Assembly (NCBI GenBank): GCA_018674175.1
Contig: JABHAT010000016.1
Location: 131,440-195,439, forward strand
Reading direction: 5' to 3'
DNA from: Gammaproteobacteria bacterium
Lineage (GTDB): Bacteria > Pseudomonadota > Gammaproteobacteria > Poriferisulfidales > GCA-002705445
DNA: 64,000 bases
In this document: one piece after another, positions 1 through 10,073 of the stretch
Numbering within the stretch: position 1 is the stretch's first letter
How the letters are laid out: every line of letters begins with the position of its first letter
Made by a program: the position numbers and the translations under genes
Notes under the pieces: generated by a model
What the model was told of the DNA's origin: nothing
Databases searched by the model: none
The model's input: only the letters and a program-made list of their open reading frames with translations

Positions 1-286
1 AACGATACTAAGAGGTGTTTTAGCTCTTGATTGGCAAGCTAAAATCATTCCGTCTTTAAGTTGATCTCCATCCAATACATAACTAAAGTCAGCTGTTGCT
101 TTAATTTTACCATCAGTTAATTTACAAGCACATGATCCACAGCTCCCTACTCTACAATCGTGAGGGAATGCTACGCCAGCTTTTAATGCTGCATCTAAAA
201 TATTTTGTTCAGGCTCGACATCAAATGTAAATTGATCTGAGTTTAGTGAAACTGCCTTTGGTCCTTTTTTTTTGCCAAATCCAAAC
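1..286 (-). CDS. 2Fe-2S (plant-type) ferredoxin-domain protein, N-terminal part only; gene continues past window start
   Basis: Minus-strand translation from ATG at 286: MFGFGKKKGPKAVSLNSDQFTFDVEPEQNILDAALKAGVAFPHDCRVGSCGSCACKLTDGKIKATADFSYVLDGDQLKDGMILACQSRAKTPL. It carries the C-x4-C-x2-C...C [2Fe-2S] motif. Absent from the ORF track because it is truncated. Confidence 0.5.
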
Positions 287-361
287 ATAAAATTATAGTA
301 ATTCCTTGTGTTTACTACACTAATTTAATTAAATATTAATAAGTTTGCCAGTACGCAAAAC

Positions 362-1036
362 CTATGCTGAGTTAATTCCCACACCTCTTAGTTTACCTGC
401 ATCTATATCTTCTTTTGTAGGTAAACAAGTATAAGGCACTATAGCCTCTTTACTTGTTGATGGGTGGCTTTTAACTGCCGCACACCACTCGCTGACTTTT
501 GCTCTTGATGAAACAAGATCATTGCCAGAAATTTCTAAAGCATTAACGCATGACATCCAGTGAATATCTGCTAATGAAAATTCACCACAAATATATACGC
601 CTTTTTTTAATTTTGGATCTGGTGGGTTAGCTAATATATTCTCTAAAAGATCAAATGCTTTATTAACTATGTCTAAATTACCACCAGAGCCAGTTAACAT
701 ACCATAAGCTTCCATTTGAACGTAATCAGTTGCTATATGAGCATATTGATACATTATAGCTCTTATAACTCCATTTCTTGGAACTAAAGATGGTCCAAAA
801 CCTTTATCATCAAGATAAGATATTATTGCATTTGGCCCATAAACAACATTATCTAAATCTTTGAGTACTGGAGCACTGTGAAGTGGGGAAATATCTCCAG
901 CCTCTTCTCCGCTATTTATATCATGCGTTTCAATATCAACGCCTTTTTCAGCTGCTGTTTGTAATGCCTTGGCTGTATTTATACAATTCACATTGCCATA
1001 TAACTGCATAGCCGATGCTAATTTATCACCGATCAT
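362..1036 (-). CDS. glutathione S-transferase family protein (true start possibly at MQLYG, 1009)
   Basis: Thioredoxin-like N-domain (YGNVNCINTAKAL ... SPLHSAPVLKD ... GPNAIISYL) followed by an alpha-helical C-domain, the typical GST architecture. Confidence 0.6.
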   Translation of the reverse strand: MIGDKLASAMQLYGNVNCINTAKALQTAAEKGVDIETHDINSGEEAGDISPLHSAPVLKDLDNVVYGPNAIISYLDDKGFGPSLVPRNGVIRAIMYQYAHIATDYVQMEAYGMLTGSGGNLDIVNKAFDLLENILANPPDPKLKKGVYICGEFSLADIHWMSCVNALEISGNDLVSSRAKVSEWCAAVKSHPSTSKEAIVPYTCLPTKEDIDAGKLRGVGINSA

Positions 1037-1069
1037 ATTTCCCTCCTAAGAGAATATTTTTATAAATTT

Positions 1070-1245
1070 TACTCTATCTTTAACGCACCTGATGGACACT
1101 CAGAAACTACATCCGTAATTTTATCTTCTGAACTTGCCGATGTATCTATAACAAATTTACCATCTTCCACTTTAAATACCTCTGGTGCTCCTTGTACACA
1201 CTTTCCAGCATGAATACATACACTTTCATCCCATGATACTTTCAT
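1070..1245 (-). CDS. small (58 aa) Fe-S protein resembling the divergent 4Fe-4S mono-cluster family
   Basis: Hand translation gives MKVSWDESVCIHAGKCVQGAPEVFKVEDGKFVIDTSASSEDKITDVVSECPSGALKIE, with CxxxxxC and a CPSGA motif. It fills the GST-msrB gap and is below the ORF-track length cutoff. Confidence 0.4.
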
Positions 1246-1350
1246 ATCGTTCTCCTCACTATTTTTAAACTTCGATCTCTATTTTAACCAAAAAAACCAA
1301 TCTCTGCAAAGCCTTATATATACATAAAGTGATATATATTTATTATTAAA

Positions 1351-1725
1351 TTAAGACTTTTTAAAAAATAAGCTAATTGAGTTTATACAGAATCTTTTAT
1401 AAGTGGGGCTTGGCCCATCATTAAACACGTGACCCAAATGAGAATTACATTTTGAACATTGTACTTCTATTCGTGTCATTCCGTGACTACGATCTTCAAT
1501 ACAAGTTATATTTTCTTTTGCGGTGGGCGCTGTAAAACTTGGCCAACCAGATCCTGAATCAAACTTTGCATTAGACTCAAAAAGTTTATTTCCGCAGCAT
1601 TTACAATAGTATGTTCCAATCTCATAAAGCTTATCGTAATTACCAGAAAAAGCAGGCTCTGTTCCCTTTTCTCTACAAACAAAAAATTCTTCTTTTGTTA
1701 ATATAGTTTTCCAGTCTTTATGCAT
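1351..1725 (-). CDS. msrB: peptide-methionine (R)-S-oxide reductase MsrB
   Basis: Two CxxC zinc motifs (CKCCGNKL, CSKCNSHLGHVFNDGP), a GWPSF motif, and a length of 124 aa. Confidence 0.85.
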   Translation of the reverse strand: MHKDWKTILTKEEFFVCREKGTEPAFSGNYDKLYEIGTYYCKCCGNKLFESNAKFDSGSGWPSFTAPTAKENITCIEDRSHGMTRIEVQCSKCNSHLGHVFNDGPSPTYKRFCINSISLFFKKS

Positions 1726-1742
1726 TCGAGTCTAGAGTTAAA

Positions 1743-3818
1743 TTAATTTAAACCTTTCATTGTTAATTTTATTCTTCCTTGCTTATCAATCTCAAGAACC
1801 TTAACTTTTACAATTTCACCCTCTTTAACTTTATCAGTAACATTCTCCACTCTCTCTTCACAAATCTGAGATATGTGAACCAAACCATCTTTACCTGGAA
1901 GAACATTAACAAAAGCTCCGAAGTCCATAATTTTTGCAACTTTTCCTTCATAAATTTTATCAACTTCAACATCTGCTGTTAATTGCTCAATCTTTGCTTT
2001 CGCAAGCTCTACAGCCTCTTTGTCAACAGCCGAAATTTTTATTAAACCAGTATCATCAATATCTATTATTGCACCAGTTTCTTCTGTCAGCGATCTTATT
2101 GTTGCGCCACCTTTACCAATAACGTCTCTTACTTTATCAGCTTTAACTTGTATAGTTACAAATCTTGGTGCATTTTCTGAAACCTCTTCTCTTGAAGTTT
2201 GAATTACTTTATTCATTTCTCCTAAGATATGTATTCTTCCTTCTTTTGCTTGACCAAGTGCAATTTTCATAATTTCTTCAGTAATACCGTTAATTTTAAT
2301 ATCCATCTGAAGAGCTGTTACACCATCATTAGTTCCAGCAACTTTAAAATCCATATCTCCCAAATGATCTTCGTCACCCAATATATCTGACAAAACTACG
2401 AAATCATCACCTTCTTTTATTAAACCCATTGCTATTCCAGCAACTGGAGCTTTTATTGGGACCCCGGCATCCATTAATGAAAGACTTGATCCACAAACAC
2501 TTGCCATTGAACTTGAGCCATTTGACTCTGTAATTTCCGATACAATCCTGATTACATATGGAAATTCTTCTGGGGAAGGTAATACTGGGACCATAGCTCT
2601 TTTTGCCAGCTTGCCGTGACCGATTTCTCTTCTCTTTGGAGAACCTACGAATCCTGTTTCGCCAACTGAGTATGGAGGAAAATTATAATGCAACATAAAT
2701 TTATCTTCGTATTTTCCTTCTATCGCATCTATTATTTGACCATCTCTGTCTGTTCCTAGTGTCGCCACTACGATAGCTTGTGTTTCACCTCTGGTAAATA
2801 ATGCACTTCCGTGTGTTTTAGGTAAGAGGCCAACTTCGATATTTATATTTCTAATTGTTTTATTATCTCTTCCGTCAATTCTTGGTTTGCCTGCTATAAT
2901 ATTTTTTCTTACCACGTCTTTCTGAATGTCATGTATAGAGTCTTCTATGCAGTCTTTTTTACACTCTTCTTGATTATTGAATTTCTCAAGCGCGTTATCT
3001 TTTATTTCTGATATTTTATCATTTCTTTCAGCTTTATCAGATATTAAGTAAGCTTCTGTAATATCACCTTTAAAATGATCGTAAACTTCTTTTTCTAAAC
3101 TTGCGTTTAAATTTTCAGGCTTAACCCAACCATAATCTTTTATACCAAATTCTTCTGAAAAATTATTAATCTCACTTATTAAGTCTTGCATCTCTTTATG
3201 TCCAAAAGCTACAGCACCAAGCATAACTTCTTCGCTTAGCATTTTTGCTTCTGACTCAACCATTAGAACGCCGTCTTTAGTTCCCGCAACCATTAGATCT
3301 AGTTCTGATGTTAATAACTCTGTTTTACTTGGATTTAAGATATAAGAACCTTCGCTATAACCTATTCTTGCTGCTCCAAGTGGTCCCTGAAATGGTACCC
3401 CAGCAATTTTTAATGCAGCTGAAGCTCCTATCAATGCTGGTATGTCGGCATCAACTTCTGTATTTAAACTCATAACTGTACATATTACTTGCACCTCATG
3501 TGTAAATTCTTTTGGGAACAAAGGTCTTATTGGTCTATCAATCAATCTACAAATTAAAGTCTCTTTCTCAGCAGGCCTTCCTTCTCTTTTAAAAAATCCA
3601 CCTGGTATTTTTCCAGCAGCGTATGTTTTTTCTTGATAATTAACCGTTAATGGAAAAAAATCTCTTGGTTTCCCATCATTTTTCGCAACTACCGTTGTTA
3701 ATACTACAGTGCCTTCCATATTTACTAAAACAGCACCATTTGCTTGTCTCGCAATTTGTCCTGTTTCTAAAATTACTTCATGATTTCCGTACTGGAACTT
3801 CTTTTTCAAAGGTTTCAT
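1743..3818 (-). CDS. pnp: polynucleotide phosphorylase
   Basis: 691 aa with two RNase PH domains, then KH and a C-terminal S1 domain. Conserved synteny with rpsO. Confidence 0.95.
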   Translation of the reverse strand: MKPLKKKFQYGNHEVILETGQIARQANGAVLVNMEGTVVLTTVVAKNDGKPRDFFPLTVNYQEKTYAAGKIPGGFFKREGRPAEKETLICRLIDRPIRPLFPKEFTHEVQVICTVMSLNTEVDADIPALIGASAALKIAGVPFQGPLGAARIGYSEGSYILNPSKTELLTSELDLMVAGTKDGVLMVESEAKMLSEEVMLGAVAFGHKEMQDLISEINNFSEEFGIKDYGWVKPENLNASLEKEVYDHFKGDITEAYLISDKAERNDKISEIKDNALEKFNNQEECKKDCIEDSIHDIQKDVVRKNIIAGKPRIDGRDNKTIRNINIEVGLLPKTHGSALFTRGETQAIVVATLGTDRDGQIIDAIEGKYEDKFMLHYNFPPYSVGETGFVGSPKRREIGHGKLAKRAMVPVLPSPEEFPYVIRIVSEITESNGSSSMASVCGSSLSLMDAGVPIKAPVAGIAMGLIKEGDDFVVLSDILGDEDHLGDMDFKVAGTNDGVTALQMDIKINGITEEIMKIALGQAKEGRIHILGEMNKVIQTSREEVSENAPRFVTIQVKADKVRDVIGKGGATIRSLTEETGAIIDIDDTGLIKISAVDKEAVELAKAKIEQLTADVEVDKIYEGKVAKIMDFGAFVNVLPGKDGLVHISQICEERVENVTDKVKEGEIVKVKVLEIDKQGRIKLTMKGLN

Positions 3819-3845
3819 TTTTTTCTCTTAGGTTATCTTCTTAGG

Positions 3846-4115
3846 TTATCTTCTTAGGCCTAAAGATGAGATTATTGATTGATATCTTTCAACACTCTTT
3901 CTCTTTAAGTAATCAAGGAGTTTTCTTCTAGTATTCACCATTTTTAATAATCCATGACGCGAATGATGGTCTTTTTTGTGAACACTAAAGTGTTCAGAAA
4001 GAAATTCAATCCTTTTTGATAATAATGCTATTTGTATTTCTGGAGAACCGGTATCGGATTCACCTTTTTGATACTGCTCAATAACTTTACTTTTTTCTTC
4101 TGTTGATAATGCCAT
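3846..4115 (-). CDS. rpsO: 30S ribosomal protein S15
   Basis: [16 protein letters not shown]...[12 protein letters not shown]...: S15 signature at 89 aa. The ORF track adds three upstream codons. Confidence 0.9.
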   Translation of the reverse strand: MALSTEEKSKVIEQYQKGESDTGSPEIQIALLSKRIEFLSEHFSVHKKDHHSRHGLLKMVNTRRKLLDYLKRKSVERYQSIISSLGLRR

Positions 4116-4183
4116 AATTTCCACTTATTCTTTAATTTAAGGCCGCATTCTATCACGTTATATTGCTCAAACAAACCTAAGTT

Positions 4184-5068
4184 TTATACTAAAATTTTTT
4201 TTGGTAAGAGCTCAGACTCCTCATTAATTTTACCAATACCAAGAAAATTCTTTTCTTCGTCATAAATTCTTACTAATTCGCAAGGCTTGTTTTGAATTTT
4301 TACCTTATTACCTTTTAGCGCTTGTTCTTTATCTAACTCAGATAAGATACAAGTATCTGTTTTACTTAGCAATAAATCACCATTTATAATATATTTATTA
4401 CATATATCTTCTTCTGAACTAGACAAAAAATTCTCTAAGCTTACTGATTTTGATATATTTACATCATTAATACCTGTTCTAACTAATTTGCTTACCAATG
4501 CGCCGCACCCTATATCTGACCCAATCTGCTCAACTAACGTTCTTATATAAGTACCTTTTGAACATCTAACTTTTATAAATAAATGATTATTGTCTATAAT
4601 ATTAATTTTAATACTATAAATTTCAATGTCTCTAGAAGGTCTATCAATATTTATTCCTTCTCTTGCGTATTTATATAAACGGACACCTTTATGTTTTAAA
4701 GCAGAATACATTGGAGGAGTTTGTTTAATAATTCCAGTGTATTTTTTCTCCAATATTTTGATATCTAATTCTTTTAAATTAGGAACATCGGCAGTACTTA
4801 GAGTATCGCCATCTAAATCTCCAGTTGTAGATGTTTCACCTAATTTAGCAATAGCTTCATAACTCTTATCAGCATTCAAAAAATATGAACAAAGTTTTGT
4901 AGCTTTATTAAAAAATATTATTAAAAGACCACTGGCTAAGGGATCTAATGTTCCAGAAAATCCAGCCTTTTTTTGGGATATCTTTTTTTTTACTTTAGAT
5001 AAAGCCTGATTTGAGGATATCCCAGAGGGTTTGTCTAAAATTATACAGCTTTGTCTATAATCCGACAT
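4184..5068 (-). CDS. truB: tRNA pseudouridine(55) synthase TruB
   Basis: GTLDPLASGLL catalytic motif, 294 aa, position between rbfA and rpsO. Confidence 0.9.
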   Translation of the reverse strand: MSDYRQSCIILDKPSGISSNQALSKVKKKISQKKAGFSGTLDPLASGLLIIFFNKATKLCSYFLNADKSYEAIAKLGETSTTGDLDGDTLSTADVPNLKELDIKILEKKYTGIIKQTPPMYSALKHKGVRLYKYAREGINIDRPSRDIEIYSIKINIIDNNHLFIKVRCSKGTYIRTLVEQIGSDIGCGALVSKLVRTGINDVNISKSVSLENFLSSSEEDICNKYIINGDLLLSKTDTCILSELDKEQALKGNKVKIQNKPCELVRIYDEEKNFLGIGKINEESELLPKKILV

Positions 5069-5069
5069 T

Positions 5070-5435
5070 TCAATTTATGCTTTTATTAATCAGCTCTTCA
5101 AGTTCACAGGCTTTAGCTTCTGTATCATCAAAAATAAATCTTAAATTTGGGACAGATCTTAAATTTGAGTTTTTTGATAATTTTTTTTTAAAAAATAATT
5201 TTGACGAGTTAATTGTTTTTGTTATTAGCTTTACTTCTTCAGGATTTTTATTTTTATGTTTAAAAATAATAAAAAAAATTCTTGCGTGCTTTAAATCTTT
5301 AGACATTTCTACTTCTGTGATAACTACATCTTTAATTCTTGGATCATTAATATCATTTTGAACAATTTGAGCCACCTCTTTTTTTATTACAGAGCCAATT
5401 CTATGTATCCTTTGGTTATCAGAATCATATTTCAT
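5070..5435 (-). CDS. rbfA: ribosome-binding factor A
   Basis: 121 aa immediately downstream of infB and upstream of truB, the conserved operon position. KH-like basic protein. Confidence 0.75.
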   Translation of the reverse strand: MKYDSDNQRIHRIGSVIKKEVAQIVQNDINDPRIKDVVITEVEMSKDLKHARIFFIIFKHKNKNPEEVKLITKTINSSKLFFKKKLSKNSNLRSVPNLRFIFDDTEAKACELEELINKSIN

Positions 5436-7873
5436 TATTCTAATGTTCTTGCAAATTCAGTTCTTATAAACACTTCGATATTGTCTCCAGGCTTTACATC
5501 ATTATAATTTTTTACTGCTATTCCACATTCTGTACCTAACTTAACTTCTTTAACATCATCTTTATGCCTTCTTAGCGACTCTAGCTCTCCCTCATAAATC
5601 ACAACATTATCTCTAAGAATTCTTATTGGGTTTCCTTTTTTAACACTACCTTCAATTACTTGGCAACCTGCAACAGCTCCCATTGCTGAAGATTTAAATA
5701 CATCCTTAACTTCTGCAAGCCCAACAATTTCCTCTCTTATTTCTGGCATTAATAATCCGCTCATACCAGCTTTAACATCATCTATTAAGTTATAAATAAT
5801 ACTATAGTATCTTAGATCAATTTTTTTCTCTGTAACTATTCTTTTTGCTTGGCTATCAGCGCGCACATTAAAACCCACGATCATTGCATTTGATGCTTCT
5901 GCTAGTGCTATATCTGACTCGTTTATTGCTCCTGCTGAAGAGCCAATAATTTTAACTATAACTTCATCTGTATTTAATTTTAAGAGTGATTCGCATATAG
6001 CTTGCGAACTACCTTGCACATCTGTTTTTAGTAGTATATTAAATGCAGGTATCTCACCTTTTTTTAAATTACTAAATATATTATCTAAAGTTGGAGCTTG
6101 ATATTGTGAGGCAAACCTATTCTCTCTAATTTTAGTTTTTCTAACATCCGCAATATCTCTAATTTTTTTATCATTAACAGCTGACAAAACTTCTTCTCCA
6201 ACTTCAGGAGCACCAGATAGGCCTAAGATTACAACTGGAGTTGATGGTGTTGCTATTTTTACTCTTTTTCCATCTTGATCAATCATGGCTCTAATTCTTC
6301 CAAATTCTTGGCCACATAAAATATTGTCACCAGTTTTCATACATCCTTTTTGGACAAGTACAGTTGCAGTTGCGCCTTTTCCTTTATCAAGTGAAGACTC
6401 TAATACTACTCCCGTTGCAGAACCTTTTGATACAGCTTTTAGCTCAAGCACTTCAGATAACAAAGATATTGAATCTAACAAATTATCTACTCCAGTTCCT
6501 TCTTTAGCTGATACTTCAATAAAAATATTTTCACCACCCCATTCCTCTGGAATAACTTCGTGCTTTGTTAATTCTGTTTTAACATTTTCAACGTTAGCAC
6601 CTTCTTTATCTACTTTATTTACAGCTACAATCATCGGAACTCCTGCAGCTTTTGAATGCTGGATGGCCTCTATGGTTTGAGGCTTAACCCCATCATCTGC
6701 AGCTACTACTAAAATTACTATATCCGTACAGTTTGCCCCGCGTGCTCTCATTGATGTGAATGCAGCATGGCCAGGTGTATCTAAAAATGTTAGCAAACCA
6801 TGCTTTGTTTCTACCTGATAAGCTCCTATATGTTGAGTAATTCCACCAGCTTCACCAGAAGCCACTCTACTAGCTCTAATATAATCTAACAAAGATGTTT
6901 TCCCATGATCGACATGGCCCATTATAGTGATTGTTGGTGGCCTAGATTCTAACTCATAGTTTTCTTCGGGCTCAACAGTTAAAATATTTTTTTCTAAATT
7001 TTCAAAATCAATAGGAACAGCTTTATGTCCCATTTCTTCAATTACCAGAGTTGCAGTATCTTGATCTAAAGATTCATTGATTGTTGCCATAACTCCCATC
7101 TTCATTAATACTTTTATCACCTCTGCTGATTTGACAGACATCGCAGAAGCAATCTCTGTTACTGAAATAAATTCACTAAGCTCAACTGTATGTATTACCG
7201 GCTCAGTAGGTTTTTCGAACTGATGTTTATCGTCACCCTTATTATCTTTATTTTTTCTAGAAGGTTTTCTTCTATTAAATCTATCGTCGGAGACATGAAT
7301 TCTCTGCCTTCTATTTTTAGATTTAACAATAACATTACTTTTTTCGTCATTTACAAATTTTGTTTTTGCTTTCTTTTTTCTTTTTTTATTACTATCTTCA
7401 GAATCTTTATCTTTGGAATTATCTTCAGTTGATTCTGTATTATCTGATGAATCTAATTTAACTTCTGTTTCAGCATGCTCTTCATTATTCTCATTTGAAA
7501 TTTCTAGCTCTTCTTTATGCTCACTCTCGACAGGCAATATATCTGAATCAACCTTTATGTCTTTAGGGTCTAATTTTTCAGTAACTTGATTATTTTTTTT
7601 AGAAAAAACTTTCTTCTTCCTAACAACTGTTTTTGTTTTTTTCTCAACTAAGTTTTCATTTACTTCATTAGAAGAGATATTCTCTTCTTCAGGTTTTGGA
7701 GCTGGTGAATTCTGACTATTTCTCACATAATCTAGTAACTGCATTTTTTCTTCATCACTAATTAAATCATTTTCTTTTTTTTTCTCAATGCCAGCAAGCT
7801 CAAGCTGATCTATTAAACGAGCTACTGGTAATCCAATTATTTTTGAAAAATCTTTAACTGTAATATCTGTCAT
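5435..7873 (-). CDS. infB: translation initiation factor IF-2
   Basis: 812 aa. A low-complexity K/E/D/S-rich N-terminal region is followed by the GTPase domain ([21 protein letters not shown]) and the C-terminal beta-barrels. Confidence 0.95.
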   Translation of the reverse strand: MTDITVKDFSKIIGLPVARLIDQLELAGIEKKKENDLISDEEKMQLLDYVRNSQNSPAPKPEEENISSNEVNENLVEKKTKTVVRKKKVFSKKNNQVTEKLDPKDIKVDSDILPVESEHKEELEISNENNEEHAETEVKLDSSDNTESTEDNSKDKDSEDSNKKRKKKAKTKFVNDEKSNVIVKSKNRRQRIHVSDDRFNRRKPSRKNKDNKGDDKHQFEKPTEPVIHTVELSEFISVTEIASAMSVKSAEVIKVLMKMGVMATINESLDQDTATLVIEEMGHKAVPIDFENLEKNILTVEPEENYELESRPPTITIMGHVDHGKTSLLDYIRASRVASGEAGGITQHIGAYQVETKHGLLTFLDTPGHAAFTSMRARGANCTDIVILVVAADDGVKPQTIEAIQHSKAAGVPMIVAVNKVDKEGANVENVKTELTKHEVIPEEWGGENIFIEVSAKEGTGVDNLLDSISLLSEVLELKAVSKGSATGVVLESSLDKGKGATATVLVQKGCMKTGDNILCGQEFGRIRAMIDQDGKRVKIATPSTPVVILGLSGAPEVGEEVLSAVNDKKIRDIADVRKTKIRENRFASQYQAPTLDNIFSNLKKGEIPAFNILLKTDVQGSSQAICESLLKLNTDEVIVKIIGSSAGAINESDIALAEASNAMIVGFNVRADSQAKRIVTEKKIDLRYYSIIYNLIDDVKAGMSGLLMPEIREEIVGLAEVKDVFKSSAMGAVAGCQVIEGSVKKGNPIRILRDNVVIYEGELESLRRHKDDVKEVKLGTECGIAVKNYNDVKPGDNIEVFIRTEFARTLE

Positions 7874-7876
7874 TTT

Positions 7877-9373
7877 TTATTTTTGTCCTTCAAACATTGG
7901 AGCTCTTGCTGTCATAATTAATTTTCCCGCAAGCTCTTCTGTCATATTATTTATTGGCATTAATTCATCTACAGATTGATCTGCTAAATCGTCAATAGTT
8001 ATTATTCCTCTACACGCTAATTCAAATGCTAAATCATTTGTCATCCCTTCCATCTCTAATAATGCTTTAGATGGTTCGGCATCCATATTTAAAGATTCCG
8101 GATTTATTGCTTGTTTTAACAAATAGTCTCTAGCTTTATTTCTTATTTCTTCAACTATTCCTTCATCAAAAGCCTCAATTTCAGACATATCTTTTGGTGG
8201 AGCGTAAGCAATTTCATCAACACTAGAAAATCCTTCTTGTGCTAATGTTAATGCAATTTCTGGAGCGATATTCAAGTCTTTAGCAAAAGTTTCACTAATA
8301 GTTTTTGTTTCGACCTCACTTTTCTCATCAACTTGACCTTCTGTCATAACATTTAGATCCCATCCGGTTAGTTGGCTAGCAAGTTTTACGTTTTGACCAC
8401 CTCTTCCAATAGCTTGAGAAAGCTTTTCTTCTTCAACTGCTATATCCATACTTTTTGACTCTTCATCCATAACTATAGATAAAACTGCTGCTGGAGACAT
8501 AGCGTTAATTACAAACTGAGCTGGATTATCATCCCATAAAATAATGTCTATTCTTTCTCCTGCGATTTCATTTGAAACTGACTGTACTCTTGAGCCCCTC
8601 ATTCCAACGCAAGCTCCAACAGGATCTAGTCTCGGATCATTGGACTTAACAGCAATCTTTGCTCTAACACCTGGATCTCTTGCTGCACTTAAAATCTCAA
8701 TTAAATCTTGACCCACTTCTGGGACTTCTAAACTAAAAAGTTTAATTAAAAAATCTGAGTGCGTTCTAGATAAAAATAATTGAGGGCCTTTTGCTTCAGC
8801 TCTAACTTCTTTCAAATATGCTCTAATTCTATCTCCATTTCTTACGGCCTCTCTTGGAATTAAATCATCTTTTTCTATAAAGCCCTCAGTATTATTGCCT
8901 AAATCAATTAATACACCATGATGCTCTACGCGCTTAACAATACCCATAATTAATTCGCCAACTTTATCTTCGTATGACTCTACAACTCTCAATCTTTCTG
9001 CTTCTCTAACTTTTTGCACAATGACTTGTTTGGCAGTATGTGCGGCTATTCTTCCAAATGGAACTGATTCAATTTCTTCCTCTATAGCATCACCAATTTC
9101 TATTTCATCATGCTGTCTAGTTGCATATGCATGAAGTATTTGTGCGTCCGGAGATGTAAACTCAGGATCATCATCTGACAGTACCGTCCATCTCCTGAAA
9201 GTTGTGTAATCTCCAGTATCTCTATCAATAGAAACTCTAACATCAACTTCTTTAGAATATTTTTTTCTAGTTGCTGTAGCTAAAGCAATTTCTATAGCAT
9301 TAAAAATAATTTCTTTATCTACACCTTTCTCATTAGAAACAGCATCAACTACATTTAATATTTCTTTGCTCAT
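7877..9373 (-). CDS. nusA: transcription termination/antitermination factor NusA
   Basis: 498 aa with S1, KH and C-terminal acidic repeat domains. nusA-infB adjacency. Confidence 0.95.
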   Translation of the reverse strand: MSKEILNVVDAVSNEKGVDKEIIFNAIEIALATATRKKYSKEVDVRVSIDRDTGDYTTFRRWTVLSDDDPEFTSPDAQILHAYATRQHDEIEIGDAIEEEIESVPFGRIAAHTAKQVIVQKVREAERLRVVESYEDKVGELIMGIVKRVEHHGVLIDLGNNTEGFIEKDDLIPREAVRNGDRIRAYLKEVRAEAKGPQLFLSRTHSDFLIKLFSLEVPEVGQDLIEILSAARDPGVRAKIAVKSNDPRLDPVGACVGMRGSRVQSVSNEIAGERIDIILWDDNPAQFVINAMSPAAVLSIVMDEESKSMDIAVEEEKLSQAIGRGGQNVKLASQLTGWDLNVMTEGQVDEKSEVETKTISETFAKDLNIAPEIALTLAQEGFSSVDEIAYAPPKDMSEIEAFDEGIVEEIRNKARDYLLKQAINPESLNMDAEPSKALLEMEGMTNDLAFELACRGIITIDDLADQSVDELMPINNMTEELAGKLIMTARAPMFEGQK

Positions 9374-9388
9374 TTTAATCTCTCCAGA

Positions 9389-9829
9389 TTATATCTTTAA
9401 TCTTGCACTATCAATTGAATCATATTTAATTTCATAGCTTTCGTTTTCATCGTCAATAATTACACAATCATCTGTAACTTCTTTTATTACACCTTTTATG
9501 TTCTTTCTGTTATTTACCAACCATTTTAATTTTACTTTAACTTTTTCTTTTATATATCTGTCAAAATGTTCTTTTGTTATCAATATTCTATCAAATCCTG
9601 GTGACGAAACCTCAAGAACATATTCTGATCCACATACTTCTTCAGTATCTAATAAGTGTGTAACCTGGTTACTTACCTTTTCACAATCATCAATATTAAT
9701 TCCATTCACACTATCTATATATAGAGTGAATTTTAAAGAATTATTTTGTTGCCCCACATTTAGCCCCCAAAGCTCATAACCCATAGACAAAATTGTTGGT
9801 TTTATTAATTCTGAAATTTCATTTTTCAA
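9389..9829 (-). CDS. rimP: ribosome maturation factor RimP (TTG start in the track)
   Basis: 146 aa directly upstream of nusA. The first codon is TTG (rc of caa at 9827-9829). Confidence 0.75.
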   Translation of the reverse strand: MKNEISELIKPTILSMGYELWGLNVGQQNNSLKFTLYIDSVNGINIDDCEKVSNQVTHLLDTEEVCGSEYVLEVSSPGFDRILITKEHFDRYIKEKVKVKLKWLVNNRKNIKGVIKEVTDDCVIIDDENESYEIKYDSIDSARLKI

Positions 9830-9871
9830 TTAAAAATACCTTTTTGTATTAAATAATTTAACTCCTAGACG

Positions 9872-9895
9872 AAAAAAACCCCATTAAGGGGCCTC
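9872..9895 (-). terminator. short rho-independent terminator downstream of typA
   Basis: The minus strand reads GAGGCCCC-TTAAT-GGGG followed by TTTTTTT: a 4-5 bp GC stem plus U-tract. It lies in the typA-rimP intergenic region. Confidence 0.35.
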
Positions 9896-10073
9896 TATAT
9901 AAACTTAAAAAGTTTACGTCTAATATTTTACACCTACTAGTATATTTTGGATCAGGCAAAACATCAACATATTTAAAAATATTATAATTTTCATATATTT
10001 CCAATCAAAATCTACTAAGTTAGTTTATTAATAAACTCAGCGAGTATATGAAGGTATTTTATAAAATATACTT

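Noticed and set aside
6285-6680. Plus-strand ORFs of 60-160 aa inside infB, typA, nuoM, nuoG, nuoF, carB, dnaK and others (e.g. 6285-6680, 10837-11319, 14095-14361, 22009-22242, 35801-36097)
   Set aside because: These are antisense shadow ORFs within well-supported, long, conserved genes. They show no SD, no conservation signal and low-complexity composition.
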